This document shows positions 12,401 through 20,749 of a stretch of DNA of 64,000 bases, piece after piece. The first letter of the stretch is position 1; each line of letters begins with the position of its first letter. The translations under genes and the position numbers were made by a program. The stretch comes from a virus. Under the pieces are notes generated by a model, which was given only the letters and a program-made list of their open reading frames with translations, did no database searches and was not told the origin of the DNA. The stretch is from positions 1 through 64,000 of the IMG/VR virus record IMGVR_UViG_3300017917_001562, one strand, 5' to 3'.

Positions 12401-15400
12401 AACAGAACAAATTAAAAATCCTACAAATAACTCTTACGATTTATTCGGATATAGTTTGAAGATTGATAGCACTAGTACTATACTAGCAGTTGGCGGCCCA
12501 ACAGCTAGAACATTAGTTTCAACTACCTTTGATGTTTATGCAACACTTCTAACAAACGCAGATACATTATTTGGAACTCCTTATGTAACTAATCCTCGAG
12601 GATTGGTCAGTGAAGAACCTACAACTTTTGACGGCGCATCAACTAAGTTTGTTGATAAGATTAAGAGTGGCGCAGTTTGGATGTTGAATTATCTGCCAGA
12701 TAGCAGACAAGAAATTGCATACCCTGGCAAGTTTGCTTATGTTCAACAGTTAAACCCAAATAGTTTAAGCGTGGCTTTAACACCTAATGTTTCTTTTGGC
12801 GTTAGTGTTGATATTAGTAATTACGAAATGTTAGTAGGTGCATCCACAGACAGCTTGTTTGCACGAGATGGCGGCATTGTTTATAAGTTCAGTGATACTG
12901 AAAGATTAGGCGGCTGGGATATAATTAGATCCTACGATGATAAAGTTGATATTGATGGTATCATTAAAGGTTATATTTACAACAGCGACACTCAAATTAT
13001 TTTAGATAACATGGATTACATTGATCCTGTTAAAGGTAAAATTTTAGGTCAAGCAGAACAAGAAATTACTTACAAAGTAGATTACGATCCTGCTACTTAT
13101 AATAACAGTTCAACAGCATCATTGAAAACTAGTTCTACACTGTACTGGGGACAGCAGCAAGTTGGCCAAGTGTGGTGGGATTTAAGTACTGTAAGATACA
13201 TTGAATATGAACAAGATAGTATCAAATATAGAACTACAAACTGGGGGCGTGCTTTCCCTGAAAGTAGTATTGATGTATATGAATGGGTTAAGAGTTTATA
13301 CCCACCAAGTCAGTATGTTGCTACTGGTGGTAATGGTATTCCTAAGTATGTAAATGATTCTGCTTATGTAACAGAAAGTTATGTAGATCCTGTTACTAAC
13401 ATTCCGGTAGTATATTATTATTATTGGGTACAAAATAAAACATCTACTCCTATAGATGTACCTAATAGAAATATTCCAATTACTGTAATTGCAGATTATA
13501 TAAGAGATCCAAAAAATTCTGGTATCAAGTATTTTGCAGCTATTAAAGATAATGCATTGGCATTATATAATGTTAATACTGATACAGTAGGAGATAGTGT
13601 AGTATTCCATTTAGATTATGCTAAACAAATTAACAGCAGCATCATTCACAGCGAATATGCATTGCTAAGTGAAAATGCAGCCAATAGCGATGCTATTCCT
13701 CCAGTCATTTATACAAAACTAGTAGATAGTGTATCTGGAATTGACGATATTGGCAATGTAGTTCCAGACCCAACTTTACCTTTAGCTAAACGATATGGCA
13801 TAGAGTTTAGACCTCGTCAAAGCATGTATATTGATAGAAATGCCGCGGTAGAGCAAATGGTTACATTTGTAAATAATGTTTTCAAGACTGTTACATTTGC
13901 ACAAGGGTTTGATTTAACAACATTAAGTGCAGCTGAACCGTTGCCTCCCGCTGATAGTGGTTACTACGATATAAGTGTTAATACCATTAGTGAATTGAGC
14001 TATGTTGATATTGCTAGTAAGCCAGTTGGCTATAAAGTGCTAGTTATTAGCAACAGTGATATCGACAATTTATGGACAATTTATGTTAAAGACACAGAAG
14101 TAATTATTTGGGAACCTAATACTGATTATATAAGAGGACAAATCGTTTCTTATTTAGATACAGCATATACAGTAACTGAAGATTTTACTAGTGGTGCAAC
14201 ATTTACTACAACATATTTACAAGCTTATACCATTACAAATACTTGGTTCTTAACGCAAGTTCAAACTTATAAAACAACTGATTATTGGACTACTGTTGAC
14301 TGGTACGCATCGTACTACGATCAAACAAAACAACCTGCGTTTACATTTAATACAACAGCGGATATGATTAATACCAGATTTAAAACTGGTGATATTGTTA
14401 AGATTCTGAACAATGGTCAAGGTAAGTGGATGTTGTTACAAATTTTTGCCAATACAACTGTAATGGTAGGTTTGGAGGATGGTACGATTGAACTTAATAG
14501 CAGTTTATACGATACTACAACAAACGGCATGGGATTTGGTAACGACAATTTTGATACAAAACGATTTGATCAAAACCCAAGCATTGAACTTAGAAAAATA
14601 GTTGATGCATTAAAAACTGAACTGTTTATTAATCAATACAGTCATGAATTTGTTAATTTATTCTTTGCCTTAATAAGATATGTTCTCGAAGAACAAAAAT
14701 CTGTTGACTGGGTATTTAAAACTAGTTTTATTGATGTATTACATAAAATTAGAGGATTATCACAACCTCAAATCTATTACAAAGAAAACCAATCTTACTT
14801 TCAACAATATATCGAAGAAGTTAAACCATTCCACTCTACTATTAGAGAGTATGTAAGTGATTATCTAGGGTCAGACAATTATAATGGTTATACAACAGAC
14901 TTTGATGTTCCTGCTTACTTCGACCCTGTATTGCAAGTATACAGAAGTCCAAGTGGAGAGTATGCTCAAGATGTTACAGCATTGCAGCAACCACAATACG
15001 CAGACTATGTTAATAACAATTGGTACGAAATAGCAGACATTGTTATAGCCGATGGCGGCAGTGGATATACTGTTGCACCTACTGTTATTGTAACTGGTAG
15101 TACTATAGGTGATAACGCCGTGGCTAGAGCTGTTATTAGTAACGGTCAAATTGTTCAAGTGCAAGTATTATATCCAGGAAGTTATTACACAACTCAACCA
15201 ACAATTACTTTAAGTAATAGTAACGGCGCTGGTGCCCGACTTTACGCAAGATTAAGTAACACAACTATTCGTAAGGTCAAAACGACAATGACTTACGATA
15301 GAATTACATATTCTACTACAGTTATCGAATGGACTCCAAATACAGCATATACAGCAGGCTCTATTATCACTTATAATAATGTTGCTTATGTTGTCAACAG

Positions 15401-16811
15401 TGACTTTACTAGCGGTGCAACTTTCAATGGTAATTACTTGACGGTGTATGAAGCTGCTAATTTTACTACAGCCAATGATAGAATTACAGCATATTACGCA
15501 CCCACAACAGGCATGCCTGGAAAAGACCCTGCACTATTACAATCTGGAATAAGTTATCCCGGTGTAACTGTTGAAGGAGCATTGTTTATAGATGCTGGCG
15601 GCTTTGATGTTGCAGCTTTTGATACTGACTATTTTGATGCACTTACACTCGACAGTGACGGTACTTATGTAATCAGTGATTTGATTTTAGATGCTAAAAT
15701 TGAAAGCGAATTTACAGATTCAAGTTTAGGTCTAAGACCTGAAGATATTATCATTGACGGTGGGGAGTATGTTGATACTTACAGCAGCCATGCGCCAGAA
15801 GAACTTGTGCCTGGCAGAGTATATGATACTTTAGATTTAACAGTTTCTACATTTACAACTTTAGAAGATGCTGCATACACTTCGTGGTTGAGTAGTACAG
15901 CATTTTATATTGATGAAATTATTGTTTTAGATGGGGGATCGGGTTATAGTTCTAATGCTGTAGTAACTATTGCAGGCAATACTGGAACAGGAGCTGTGGC
16001 TAATATTGTTGTTAATGCCAATGGGGTAGTAACAAGTGTAAATATCGTTTCGTCCGGCTCACAATTTACTACTATTCCAAACATTTCTATTAATGCAAAT
16101 ACTGGTGCAAATGCTAATTTAACATTTAGTACCGCATCATTTACAGCTAGATTAGCTCAAAGTACTTACAACACATTCAGTTATAGAATGTTTAAAGACA
16201 TGAATGATAACTGGACATATTTGCGTGAAGATCCTGCTGCTACAACAACACTGGCCAGCAATTTAAGCCTAACCAGCAACACCATTGTAGTGGCTAACAG
16301 TGCTGTATTGTTTACACCTGATCCAACTACGAATATGCCGGGTGTTGTTTATATTAATGGTGAAAGAATTACTTATTACACCAAGAATGACGGAACTAAT
16401 ACCCTAGGACAGTTGCGCCGCGGTACATTGGGAACAGGCGCTAATGTTCATTATGCTGGTGATACAGTAATGAGTGGAAGTATTAATCAAACAGTGCCCG
16501 ACAGTTACCATATGGCCAACACATTTACAACAAATACCAGTTTGCAAATGACCAACGGTATCTTCCGTGACTTCTATGCTGGCCAAACTTACATTCAAGC
16601 AAACTTGTGGTTAAATCAGGGTTACGGCCCGGCTGATTTAGTAACTGAATTTGACTTAGCTGCCAATGTAACATTTGATTACTATACTACAGAATCGAAT
16701 GTAGGAATAACAACAGAAACAGGTACAAATCCAGTCCCAACAGATGGAACAGGTTTATACGGAAGTACCAGAATTCAAGCACTTTTTGTTAAGAAGCAAG
16801 TAGGGGCATAA
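3420..16811 (+). CDS. Giant modular virion protein (baseplate/tail-associated) with YHYH-like domain, FG-GAP-like repeats and CBM5/12-like repeats
   Basis: 4463-aa uninterrupted ORF after the wedge gene; GPIG..G.PIFG / YHY / IIGFAADGYPIYGP / CVTPEFPNGTYAYF motifs; several FG.S(V/L)..S....(L/V)VG(A/E)P repeats; W.PNT.Y..G.I..Y repeats. Confidence 0.7.
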   Translation: MPVTKTYPFLPTQFQSEANKKFLNATLDQLVTEPSLQPISGYVGRKFSPGNNDINSFIREPSTSRANYQLEPGIVYKNQNTSEVEFAVNYPEFLQQLNYFNANISNPNKLFSEDYYSYSPYIDPDKFVNFGEYYWLPNGPAAVNIISNINNPNTNYYVSLNPDRNIVYFNQTPVKNPLITLVRGNSYQFIVNQSAFPFWIQTDPGITGVQTNNNNLSSRQILGVTNNGDDVGTVTFTVPLQTAQDEFISMPIFQNVNLATNLTYSQIQGQLVNDVVDNYGGIDGQRNNLDGKYLIFTSNSPNDADWTANAVTVPANQRYGIWRINISVVGLDSYFNLTFEDALPVNNKVLITSGVNYGNTQWYTNASYQITQIPVITANLDTLYYQIGDLENAFGIIKVVDAGSNIIDIDTEILGKLQYQSPNGVVFSNGLKVKFDSSVVPVSYQNKEFYVEGVGTAITLVAVDNLVFNPTQVSSTYIPTASFTDSATATISAGKDQLTINSNVNPILTEIGTFPNINNTNNLIVQDLEVVYPYRGGQTTQGDHASIAYETGPIGMTLVGIPIFGTVNGWTIPGLNGTSWNLISSEATVNGEDQYGGTVDTNGLYHYVNSDFITANAWGNVSGFTGGSYTQTDGHSKIIGFAADGYPIYGPFGYLNPEDSSSPVTRMTSSYQSSNTSDNRPAAVTVNVTANTTANSYITVASTFGLNPGMRATVNTAGLTPQQYWIENVGLATATGPVPFPGGTNQIQLNANVTITKDTTITFEFLAGVFVEDWTYVQSSGLLDQYNGRFCVTPEFPNGTYAYFCTQDTSNSPVYPYFVGRSFYGSTTVDPITALEDPDYITINRSSIDLNAWSRRNRWFHKDIIAATEIYNGIDYSISADSKARRPIIEFDPDLQLYDFGTVAKQPVDIFDTVTTDPFLTVEGAGGVYLDQTFLAEGMRVVFSAAADAAVKNKIWEVTLIDQDANVLTPKIIHLVAASDADVSTNQTVAVFGGVNNQNKTFYFDGVDWQEGQAKTTINQAPLFDVFDSTGTSLGDRTKYPINDSTTAFNGTKIFSYVEGIGADDAILGFPLSYQNLNNIGDIKFENNFATDTFTYTIDRINYTNLINIGYLHKNTSLSDYSILNTWTTADESSKQFQLYSYIYDGIDNLFNIDVAPEANTVGQNLFVFANFKQIPSDRYSYYNIPNNKIQIAIDPTAIKENDRITIRVYSNATSAGTLAFYEVPDNLNNNLLNSNFTYGTLGDLRNHFKAGTLDNLDFVGQFPGSSNLRDLNITVNNGMILQHAAPLSYAMMFTTNEQYNFFTAVTFAEQEYTKFKNKFLSLAETGSKVATWTPVQAVDSILTKINEFKTKEFPYFYSGMVPYGQNKNTISYTIFDTAKTNYQISSIYDPTALTNTAVLVYLNGSQLLYGHDYSFSTTIPAITLNDSLTRAVDDVLEIFEYRDTDGCCIPETPTKLGLYPKFDPEIVTDTTYTIPQQFIRGHDGSLTPVYNDFRDDLLLELERRIYNNIKVTFDNKVINIYKAKPGKFRTDDFTLADYNRQVAENYLPWVGFNRLNYTDNTIYDVTNPFTYNYSNCPDTVDGELLPGSWRACYEYYYDTQNPANTPWEMLGFSEEPSWWQDTYGPAPYTAGNEILWNDLEAGYIAAGPRQGYDTRFARPGLVNYIPVDVNGNLKPPLGLMTVNYSSQKFNANWTIGQYSPVETAWRNSSSYPYAVQIMMALTDTAHYFAEGASVNKVVYDSTLDQFINRDTNQRLVQSDVVVNGYNYTTKTVDRSASYINWIAEYQTSQGVVDHQDLQEFVQHYDVNLIYRMAGFTDKNTLKVLAEQNSPNSINDSIIIPDSDFNLILNKSTPIASIRYSAVIIERISSGFKISGYDNESPYFNIILPETTNSQNAKDLVSGTYAIKWYQKFKSVRASIPYGTILSDLQQVANFLTGYEQYLKLQGFVFETFDETLNQIRDWELSAREFLFWVRQSWAAGSVIILSPISSNITYFNPSAVVDALSNTFTGSKVQTQNWKILDTRDYTVRRDTQNGNLFQLSLNNSQDLIAAINFDIVQYEHAMVFNNVTQFNDVIFSPQSGQRQYKLKLVGTKTKEWRGALNPPGYIYADPNIPAWNQNTDYLRSDLVEYKGFYYTALQDIAGSESFDFTKWMPEPISNIRSGLLENYATKAQNSLDYYNVEKVNLELDTNTQAFDLIGYKNRNYLVDLGITDTSQIKFYQGFIKEKGTNKAINAFGNIVLNNETTGVEISEDWAFRVGAYGATDINRYVELVLPEEYLLNNPNSLEVATNNSVIYNSLIANNEGLYDYSTTTFSSPFLLNRTAESTRTDDIKTAGYVNIDDIDFTIFDLTDISTLNGDISNINVGSIIWCAKNYNNDWDVFKISNNAVEILGVKNNLNQNITVKTATPHNYTVDNIVIITNTRQFDGFHRVVSVIDAFNFNITVTNNLTGFTSLNYTQPASSYLLESQRVNYASQIYDMAAPNSWTPNNKVWVNYGTNSQWSVYEKSEPWTANVQLPKGQFTANGNFGQSLKLSSDNNFALVGEPGASSGVGSITNYVLGFDNSFIEDITVSPSAANSSAFGYSVDTGDEYIVVGAPDSSSGVGYAYIYQRNFLGTISESQIIAPPSAAVEGFGTSVIISNDDAWIYVGAANAANVYAYGYYDADSFSNTIVTSSGTPNYSLSFTPVSTELITVRGTTYSYVPFVDYTVTGSTITFTNPVTDTVVVRQTPGYVYVDTISFANASSLFGATIAGTTDGRQIAVGASADNTSSGTVTLYDRSVENYISIADQTLFGGVRTLGLVHKVRVNNELQTQGTDYVIVAGNWVQLTTAPEAGSIVQIETNEFNKIQTVNASTIQNNSQFGFDADICPYNCSLYIGAPYYTEGTNYNVGTVYRFVNQGRVYGTITGTVQNPTVTAGNSIRLNDYEVEFSGTSLDSVVTTINAANIPGITAENVNGYLQINSDSVIAANKLTVLPGIGNTIAQLGLLVFKQTEQIKNPTNNSYDLFGYSLKIDSTSTILAVGGPTARTLVSTTFDVYATLLTNADTLFGTPYVTNPRGLVSEEPTTFDGASTKFVDKIKSGAVWMLNYLPDSRQEIAYPGKFAYVQQLNPNSLSVALTPNVSFGVSVDISNYEMLVGASTDSLFARDGGIVYKFSDTERLGGWDIIRSYDDKVDIDGIIKGYIYNSDTQIILDNMDYIDPVKGKILGQAEQEITYKVDYDPATYNNSSTASLKTSSTLYWGQQQVGQVWWDLSTVRYIEYEQDSIKYRTTNWGRAFPESSIDVYEWVKSLYPPSQYVATGGNGIPKYVNDSAYVTESYVDPVTNIPVVYYYYWVQNKTSTPIDVPNRNIPITVIADYIRDPKNSGIKYFAAIKDNALALYNVNTDTVGDSVVFHLDYAKQINSSIIHSEYALLSENAANSDAIPPVIYTKLVDSVSGIDDIGNVVPDPTLPLAKRYGIEFRPRQSMYIDRNAAVEQMVTFVNNVFKTVTFAQGFDLTTLSAAEPLPPADSGYYDISVNTISELSYVDIASKPVGYKVLVISNSDIDNLWTIYVKDTEVIIWEPNTDYIRGQIVSYLDTAYTVTEDFTSGATFTTTYLQAYTITNTWFLTQVQTYKTTDYWTTVDWYASYYDQTKQPAFTFNTTADMINTRFKTGDIVKILNNGQGKWMLLQIFANTTVMVGLEDGTIELNSSLYDTTTNGMGFGNDNFDTKRFDQNPSIELRKIVDALKTELFINQYSHEFVNLFFALIRYVLEEQKSVDWVFKTSFIDVLHKIRGLSQPQIYYKENQSYFQQYIEEVKPFHSTIREYVSDYLGSDNYNGYTTDFDVPAYFDPVLQVYRSPSGEYAQDVTALQQPQYADYVNNNWYEIADIVIADGGSGYTVAPTVIVTGSTIGDNAVARAVISNGQIVQVQVLYPGSYYTTQPTITLSNSNGAGARLYARLSNTTIRKVKTTMTYDRITYSTTVIEWTPNTAYTAGSIITYNNVAYVVNSDFTSGATFNGNYLTVYEAANFTTANDRITAYYAPTTGMPGKDPALLQSGISYPGVTVEGALFIDAGGFDVAAFDTDYFDALTLDSDGTYVISDLILDAKIESEFTDSSLGLRPEDIIIDGGEYVDTYSSHAPEELVPGRVYDTLDLTVSTFTTLEDAAYTSWLSSTAFYIDEIIVLDGGSGYSSNAVVTIAGNTGTGAVANIVVNANGVVTSVNIVSSGSQFTTIPNISINANTGANANLTFSTASFTARLAQSTYNTFSYRMFKDMNDNWTYLREDPAATTTLASNLSLTSNTIVVANSAVLFTPDPTTNMPGVVYINGERITYYTKNDGTNTLGQLRRGTLGTGANVHYAGDTVMSGSINQTVPDSYHMANTFTTNTSLQMTNGIFRDFYAGQTYIQANLWLNQGYGPADLVTEFDLAANVTFDYYTTESNVGITTETGTNPVPTDGTGLYGSTRIQALFVKKQVGA

Positions 16812-16821
16812 TTTTATAGTA

Positions 16822-16828
16822 ATAAATA
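16822..16828 (+). promoter_or_regulatory. Putative late promoter (ATAAATA, T4-late-like)
   Basis: Intergenic ATAAATA 20 nt upstream of the fibre gene; the same motif recurs at 18378, 19150, 34296 and 48140, and on the minus strand at 57289. Confidence 0.45.
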
Positions 16829-16848
16829 TCATATAGTTAGGTTAACAC

Positions 16849-18378
16849 ATGTCGTATATTAAGATCAGTCAACTGCCCAGTTTAACATCAGCTAATTTAA
16901 TTAGCTCGGGCCTTTCTATTGTTCCGGTAGTAGCAAACATATCTGGCAATAATGTCAGTTATCAAACCACAGTAGCCAATGTTAAAACTTATGTAGAAAC
17001 TGGAAACTTGTCAGTTACTGGCAATTTAAGCACAGGTGGTGCAGTAACGGTTGGATCTAATTTAACTGTTGCAGGTAATTTAACAGTCAGCGGAAATACT
17101 GTTATTATTGGTTCTAATAACTATGCAACAACCGATAACATTATCGAATTACATCTAGCAAATTTAGCAAATACTAGTCAACCTTGGACCTCAGATGATG
17201 GTAAAGATATTGGTATTCGTATGCATTATTATGACGGTACCAATAAAGATGCTGCTTTAGTCTTTGCTAGAGATACAAATTATTTAGAGTGGTATGTTAA
17301 TGGCGCTGAAGGAAATGTAACTTTTGGCGGTAATGTCTACGGCGGATTTAAGCCGGGAAGTATTATATTAGCTAACACCACAGACAGTACTAGTTTAACC
17401 ACAGGAACTATTGTTAGTAACGGTGGCGCTGCACTTGCTGGTAACTTAAGAACTGGCGGAAACATTGTTGTTGGCGGGTATGCCAATATTGTTGGAGTTA
17501 CTACTACAACTGCTAACATTTCTACTAGCGCAGCATTGATTGGTGATAGACTAATTGCTAACAGTGCATTTTATACAAATAGCTATGTTTATGCCGGATA
17601 TGTTCAAACTAACAATTCGGGCACCTTTGGTACTACATTAAATGTTCAAGGAACTGCAACTGTTAATGCGTTAACATCAAATGGTGCTGTATCGGGCACT
17701 ACCGGCACATTTGGATCTGGTGTTATAACTAGCACACTAAACGCCAATAGCACAGCAACTGTAAATGCATTGACCAGTAATGGAGCTGTCACTGGTACAA
17801 CATTTACTACCGACACAATTTTACCCAGTGCGAACAATATCAGTAATATTGGTAATACCACCGCTTATTACAGTAATGTTTTTGCTAATACATACAATGT
17901 TGGCTCAGGCGGCATAGTCAATTTAGGTGCTAATGCCACAGGTAATATTGGATCAAGTACTAGTTATTTTAATACAGTATTTGCTCAATCTACATCTGCA
18001 CTTTACGCTGACTTGGCTGAAGTTTATCAGTCTGATACTCATTATAACCCAGGGACGGTTGTTGTTTTTGGTGGAACCGCAGAAGTAACTGTAACTGACA
18101 CAGAATCAGATACAAGGGTCGCAGGCGCAGTCAGTACTGATCCTGCTTATTTAATGAATGCATCAACAAACGGTGTTGCTGTAGCCCTGCGTGGTAAGAT
18201 TCCATTAAATGTTGTAGGTGCAGTAACTAAAGGCGATTTGTTGGTTACCAGTACAACGCCAGGATATGCTACCAGCGTTAAAAATTTAATCAATTACGAT
18301 ACAAATGCGGTGTTTGCTAAGAGTTTAGAAACGGACAGCAGCATTGGCACAAGAACAATTTGGGCTGTGATTTTATGA
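16849..18378 (+). CDS. Tail fibre/appendage protein with C-terminal peptidase G2-like autocleaving chaperone domain
   Basis: G/N/T/S-rich beta repeats; C-terminal YADLAE..PGTVV.FGG..VST.PA.LMN..VAL.G..P..KGD.LV. Confidence 0.7.
   Translation: MSYIKISQLPSLTSANLISSGLSIVPVVANISGNNVSYQTTVANVKTYVETGNLSVTGNLSTGGAVTVGSNLTVAGNLTVSGNTVIIGSNNYATTDNIIELHLANLANTSQPWTSDDGKDIGIRMHYYDGTNKDAALVFARDTNYLEWYVNGAEGNVTFGGNVYGGFKPGSIILANTTDSTSLTTGTIVSNGGAALAGNLRTGGNIVVGGYANIVGVTTTTANISTSAALIGDRLIANSAFYTNSYVYAGYVQTNNSGTFGTTLNVQGTATVNALTSNGAVSGTTGTFGSGVITSTLNANSTATVNALTSNGAVTGTTFTTDTILPSANNISNIGNTTAYYSNVFANTYNVGSGGIVNLGANATGNIGSSTSYFNTVFAQSTSALYADLAEVYQSDTHYNPGTVVVFGGTAEVTVTDTESDTRVAGAVSTDPAYLMNASTNGVAVALRGKIPLNVVGAVTKGDLLVTSTTPGYATSVKNLINYDTNAVFAKSLETDSSIGTRTIWAVIL
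17653..17802 (+). repeat. Internal tandem peptide repeat (33-aa period) in fibre
   Basis: TATVNALTSNGAV(S/T)GTT occurs twice, 99 nt apart (17653 and 17752). Confidence 0.8.
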
Positions 18379-18384
18379 TAAATA
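18378..18384 (+). promoter_or_regulatory. Putative late promoter ATAAATA
   Basis: 5 nt upstream of the ATG at 18390. Confidence 0.45.
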
Positions 18385-18389
18385 ACAAC

Positions 18390-18533
18390 ATGGATTCTAA
18401 TAAAGAAGAAATTGATGAGCAACAATTACCAAAACCTGCTCGTCCCAACGAATCTACAGGAATTTATGTTCGCGGTTTTGTAAAAATTTCCGACCCCGAA
18501 TCTGGTGAAGTGATAGTAGAAACAGCTAATTAA
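18390..18533 (+). CDS. 47-aa microprotein similar to the N-terminus of the downstream gene (not in ORF track)
   Basis: MDSNKEEIDEQQLPKPARPNESTGIYVRGFVKISDPESGEVIVETAN; fills the intergenic gap; aligns with DKNGVMIQGHIKIFDPVTGEVLQD. Confidence 0.7.
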   Translation: MDSNKEEIDEQQLPKPARPNESTGIYVRGFVKISDPESGEVIVETAN

Positions 18534-18543
18534 TGGATAACTT

Positions 18544-19137
18544 ATGTTTGATAAAAACGGTGTAATGATTCAAGGACATATTAAAATATTTGACCCAGTA
18601 ACTGGTGAAGTATTACAGGACAAATCTAATGCTATCCATTATGAAAATATGAGCGAAGCATTAGCTCAAAGTATTGCTAACAAAGGCACAGGCGTTATTG
18701 AAAGCATGGCATTTGGTAACGGTGCTACAGCAGTAGATACAACTGGCATTATTACATATTTGCCACCCAATACTACCGGACAAAACGCAGAACTGTACAA
18801 TGAAACTTACAGTAAAATCGTAGATAATACCAATGTTCTAAACACAGATCCTGCAAGAAATTATATAGAAGTTAGACATACACCTGGTACAATTTACACA
18901 GATTTGTTTATTAGTTGTTTGTTAGATTACGCTGAACCCACTGGCCAGCAAAGTTTTGATAATAGCTCAACAATGCAAGGCGATTATGTGTTTGACGAGC
19001 TAGGACTAATAAGCAGCAGTGGAAAACTATTAACTCATGTAGTATTTCACCCAGTGCAGAAATCCTTGAATAGATTAATCCAAATTGATTACACTATAAG
19101 GATTCAAACTTTAACGAATTTAAGCAGTAATCTGTAA
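18544..19137 (+). CDS. Virion structural protein (baseplate/fibre-attachment type)
   Basis: 197 aa between fibre genes; MAFGNG..FDELGL..LLTHVVFHPVQKS pattern is reminiscent of fibre-attachment domains. Confidence 0.5.
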   Translation: MFDKNGVMIQGHIKIFDPVTGEVLQDKSNAIHYENMSEALAQSIANKGTGVIESMAFGNGATAVDTTGIITYLPPNTTGQNAELYNETYSKIVDNTNVLNTDPARNYIEVRHTPGTIYTDLFISCLLDYAEPTGQQSFDNSSTMQGDYVFDELGLISSSGKLLTHVVFHPVQKSLNRLIQIDYTIRIQTLTNLSSNL

Positions 19138-19149
19138 GGATACGCTAAC

Positions 19150-19156
19150 ATAAATA
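19150..19156 (+). promoter_or_regulatory. Putative late promoter ATAAATA
   Basis: Intergenic, 19 nt upstream of the ATG at 19176. Confidence 0.45.
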
Positions 19157-19175
19157 CAGTAAATGGATACATAAG

Positions 19176-20738
19176 ATGGCATATACAATTAATCTTACCA
19201 ACGGTACAACACTAACAACAATAGCAGACGGTACTGTTAACCAAACTAGTACAAGTTTAACCTTAATTGGTAAAAACTATGCTGGTTATGGAACATTCTT
19301 GAACGATAACTTTGTTCATTTACTAGAAAATGCTAGTAACGACACTGCTCCGACAGCACCATTAACAGGCCAACTTTGGTGGGACACCGCAGGTAATCTA
19401 AAAGTTTATACTGGCAGTGCATTTAAGACGCTGGCTGCTATTACATCTAGCACCAGTCAACCCAGTGGAGCTGTTACAGGAAACCAATGGTGGGACAGCG
19501 CCAACCAACAATTAAATGTTTATAATGGTTCGGGTTGGACACTGATCGGACCGGCGTTTACCAGTAACACAGGAACTTCTGGTACTATCGTTGGTACAAT
19601 TATTGACAGTGGAAATACTAGCCATGTTGCAGTTAATGTTTATGTTAGCAATACATTAATTGGCATCTATAGTAAAGACAGTGCATATACACCAGGTACA
19701 GCTATTACAGGTTTTACAACAATTAAACCAGGCTTTAACTTAGTTAGTACAGGTGCAGTTAGCGGTGTTGCTATGTGGGGTACTGCTAGCGACGCTAGTG
19801 GACTGGGTAATGTTGCAGCTGCAAATTATGCCAGAACTGATTCAGGCGCAGTAACTACAACATTCAACTTGCCAGTTTATATTAACTCAGACACTGGTAT
19901 TACTGTTGGTACAAGTAATACTGCGGCATTGAGTGTAAGCTCAAGCAGAGTAAATTTTGATAATAAAATTAACAACGGCGATATTGCTATTCGTGCTAAT
20001 ATCGGCGGTACAGTGGCCAACGCAATTGCTATTACAGGTTCAAGTGGCTTAGTAACTATTCCCAATGTTCTTGCAGCGTCGGGTAATGTAACTACTAGTG
20101 CATTCTTAATTACAACATCCAGTGCTACTGCATCAAACACCTCAACTGGTGCGTTAAGGGTTACTGGTGGTGCAGGTATTGGCGGTAACATTTGGGTAGG
20201 CGGATATGCTAATATTGCAGGTAATATTACCAGCTTAAACATTAATAGCACTGTTGGTACATATAGTGGTAATGTAAACGCAGGAAACTTCTATACAACA
20301 GGAAATGTGTCTGGAGCCTACTTTAATGGTATTGCTATTAACAGTTGGTACGCTGACATTGCAGAACGATTTGCCAGTGATCAAGTTTATGCTCCGGGTA
20401 CAGTAGTAAGTTTAGGCGGCATAGAAGAAATTACCATGGCTGCTGAAGATTTATCTGACTCAGTATTTGGCGTCATAAGTACAAAACCAGCACACTTAAT
20501 GAATAGCTATGCTGGTGATGACCAAACTCACCCAGCAGTGGCTATCAGTGGTCGCGTACCAGTTAATGTAATTGGTCCTGTACGCAAAGGTGATCGTTTG
20601 GTTAGTGCAGGTAATGGCTTAGCCCGAGCTGGTAAAAAGTCTGAAATAAATCAATTTAATGTCATCGGAAGAGCATTAGAGGATAAATTAGATAACGGTC
20701 AAGGTCAAGTCTTAGCTGTTGTTAAATTAAATAGCTAA
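19176..20738 (+). CDS. Tail fibre protein with C-terminal peptidase G2-like chaperone domain
   Basis: N-terminal LIGKNYAGYG..NF.HLLEN..GQLWWD; C-terminal YADIAE..PGTVV..GVISTKPAHLMN..KGDRLV shared with 16849. Confidence 0.7.
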   Translation: MAYTINLTNGTTLTTIADGTVNQTSTSLTLIGKNYAGYGTFLNDNFVHLLENASNDTAPTAPLTGQLWWDTAGNLKVYTGSAFKTLAAITSSTSQPSGAVTGNQWWDSANQQLNVYNGSGWTLIGPAFTSNTGTSGTIVGTIIDSGNTSHVAVNVYVSNTLIGIYSKDSAYTPGTAITGFTTIKPGFNLVSTGAVSGVAMWGTASDASGLGNVAAANYARTDSGAVTTTFNLPVYINSDTGITVGTSNTAALSVSSSRVNFDNKINNGDIAIRANIGGTVANAIAITGSSGLVTIPNVLAASGNVTTSAFLITTSSATASNTSTGALRVTGGAGIGGNIWVGGYANIAGNITSLNINSTVGTYSGNVNAGNFYTTGNVSGAYFNGIAINSWYADIAERFASDQVYAPGTVVSLGGIEEITMAAEDLSDSVFGVISTKPAHLMNSYAGDDQTHPAVAISGRVPVNVIGPVRKGDRLVSAGNGLARAGKKSEINQFNVIGRALEDKLDNGQGQVLAVVKLNS

Positions 20739-20749
20739 AGGAATTTTTA

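Noticed and set aside
16849-18378. Enrichment of N-x-S/T sequons as evidence for N-glycosylation
   Set aside because: Hand count gives about 16 of 55 Asn in sequons, close to what the high Ser/Thr content predicts; GN/AN/SN bias fits beta-turn repeats
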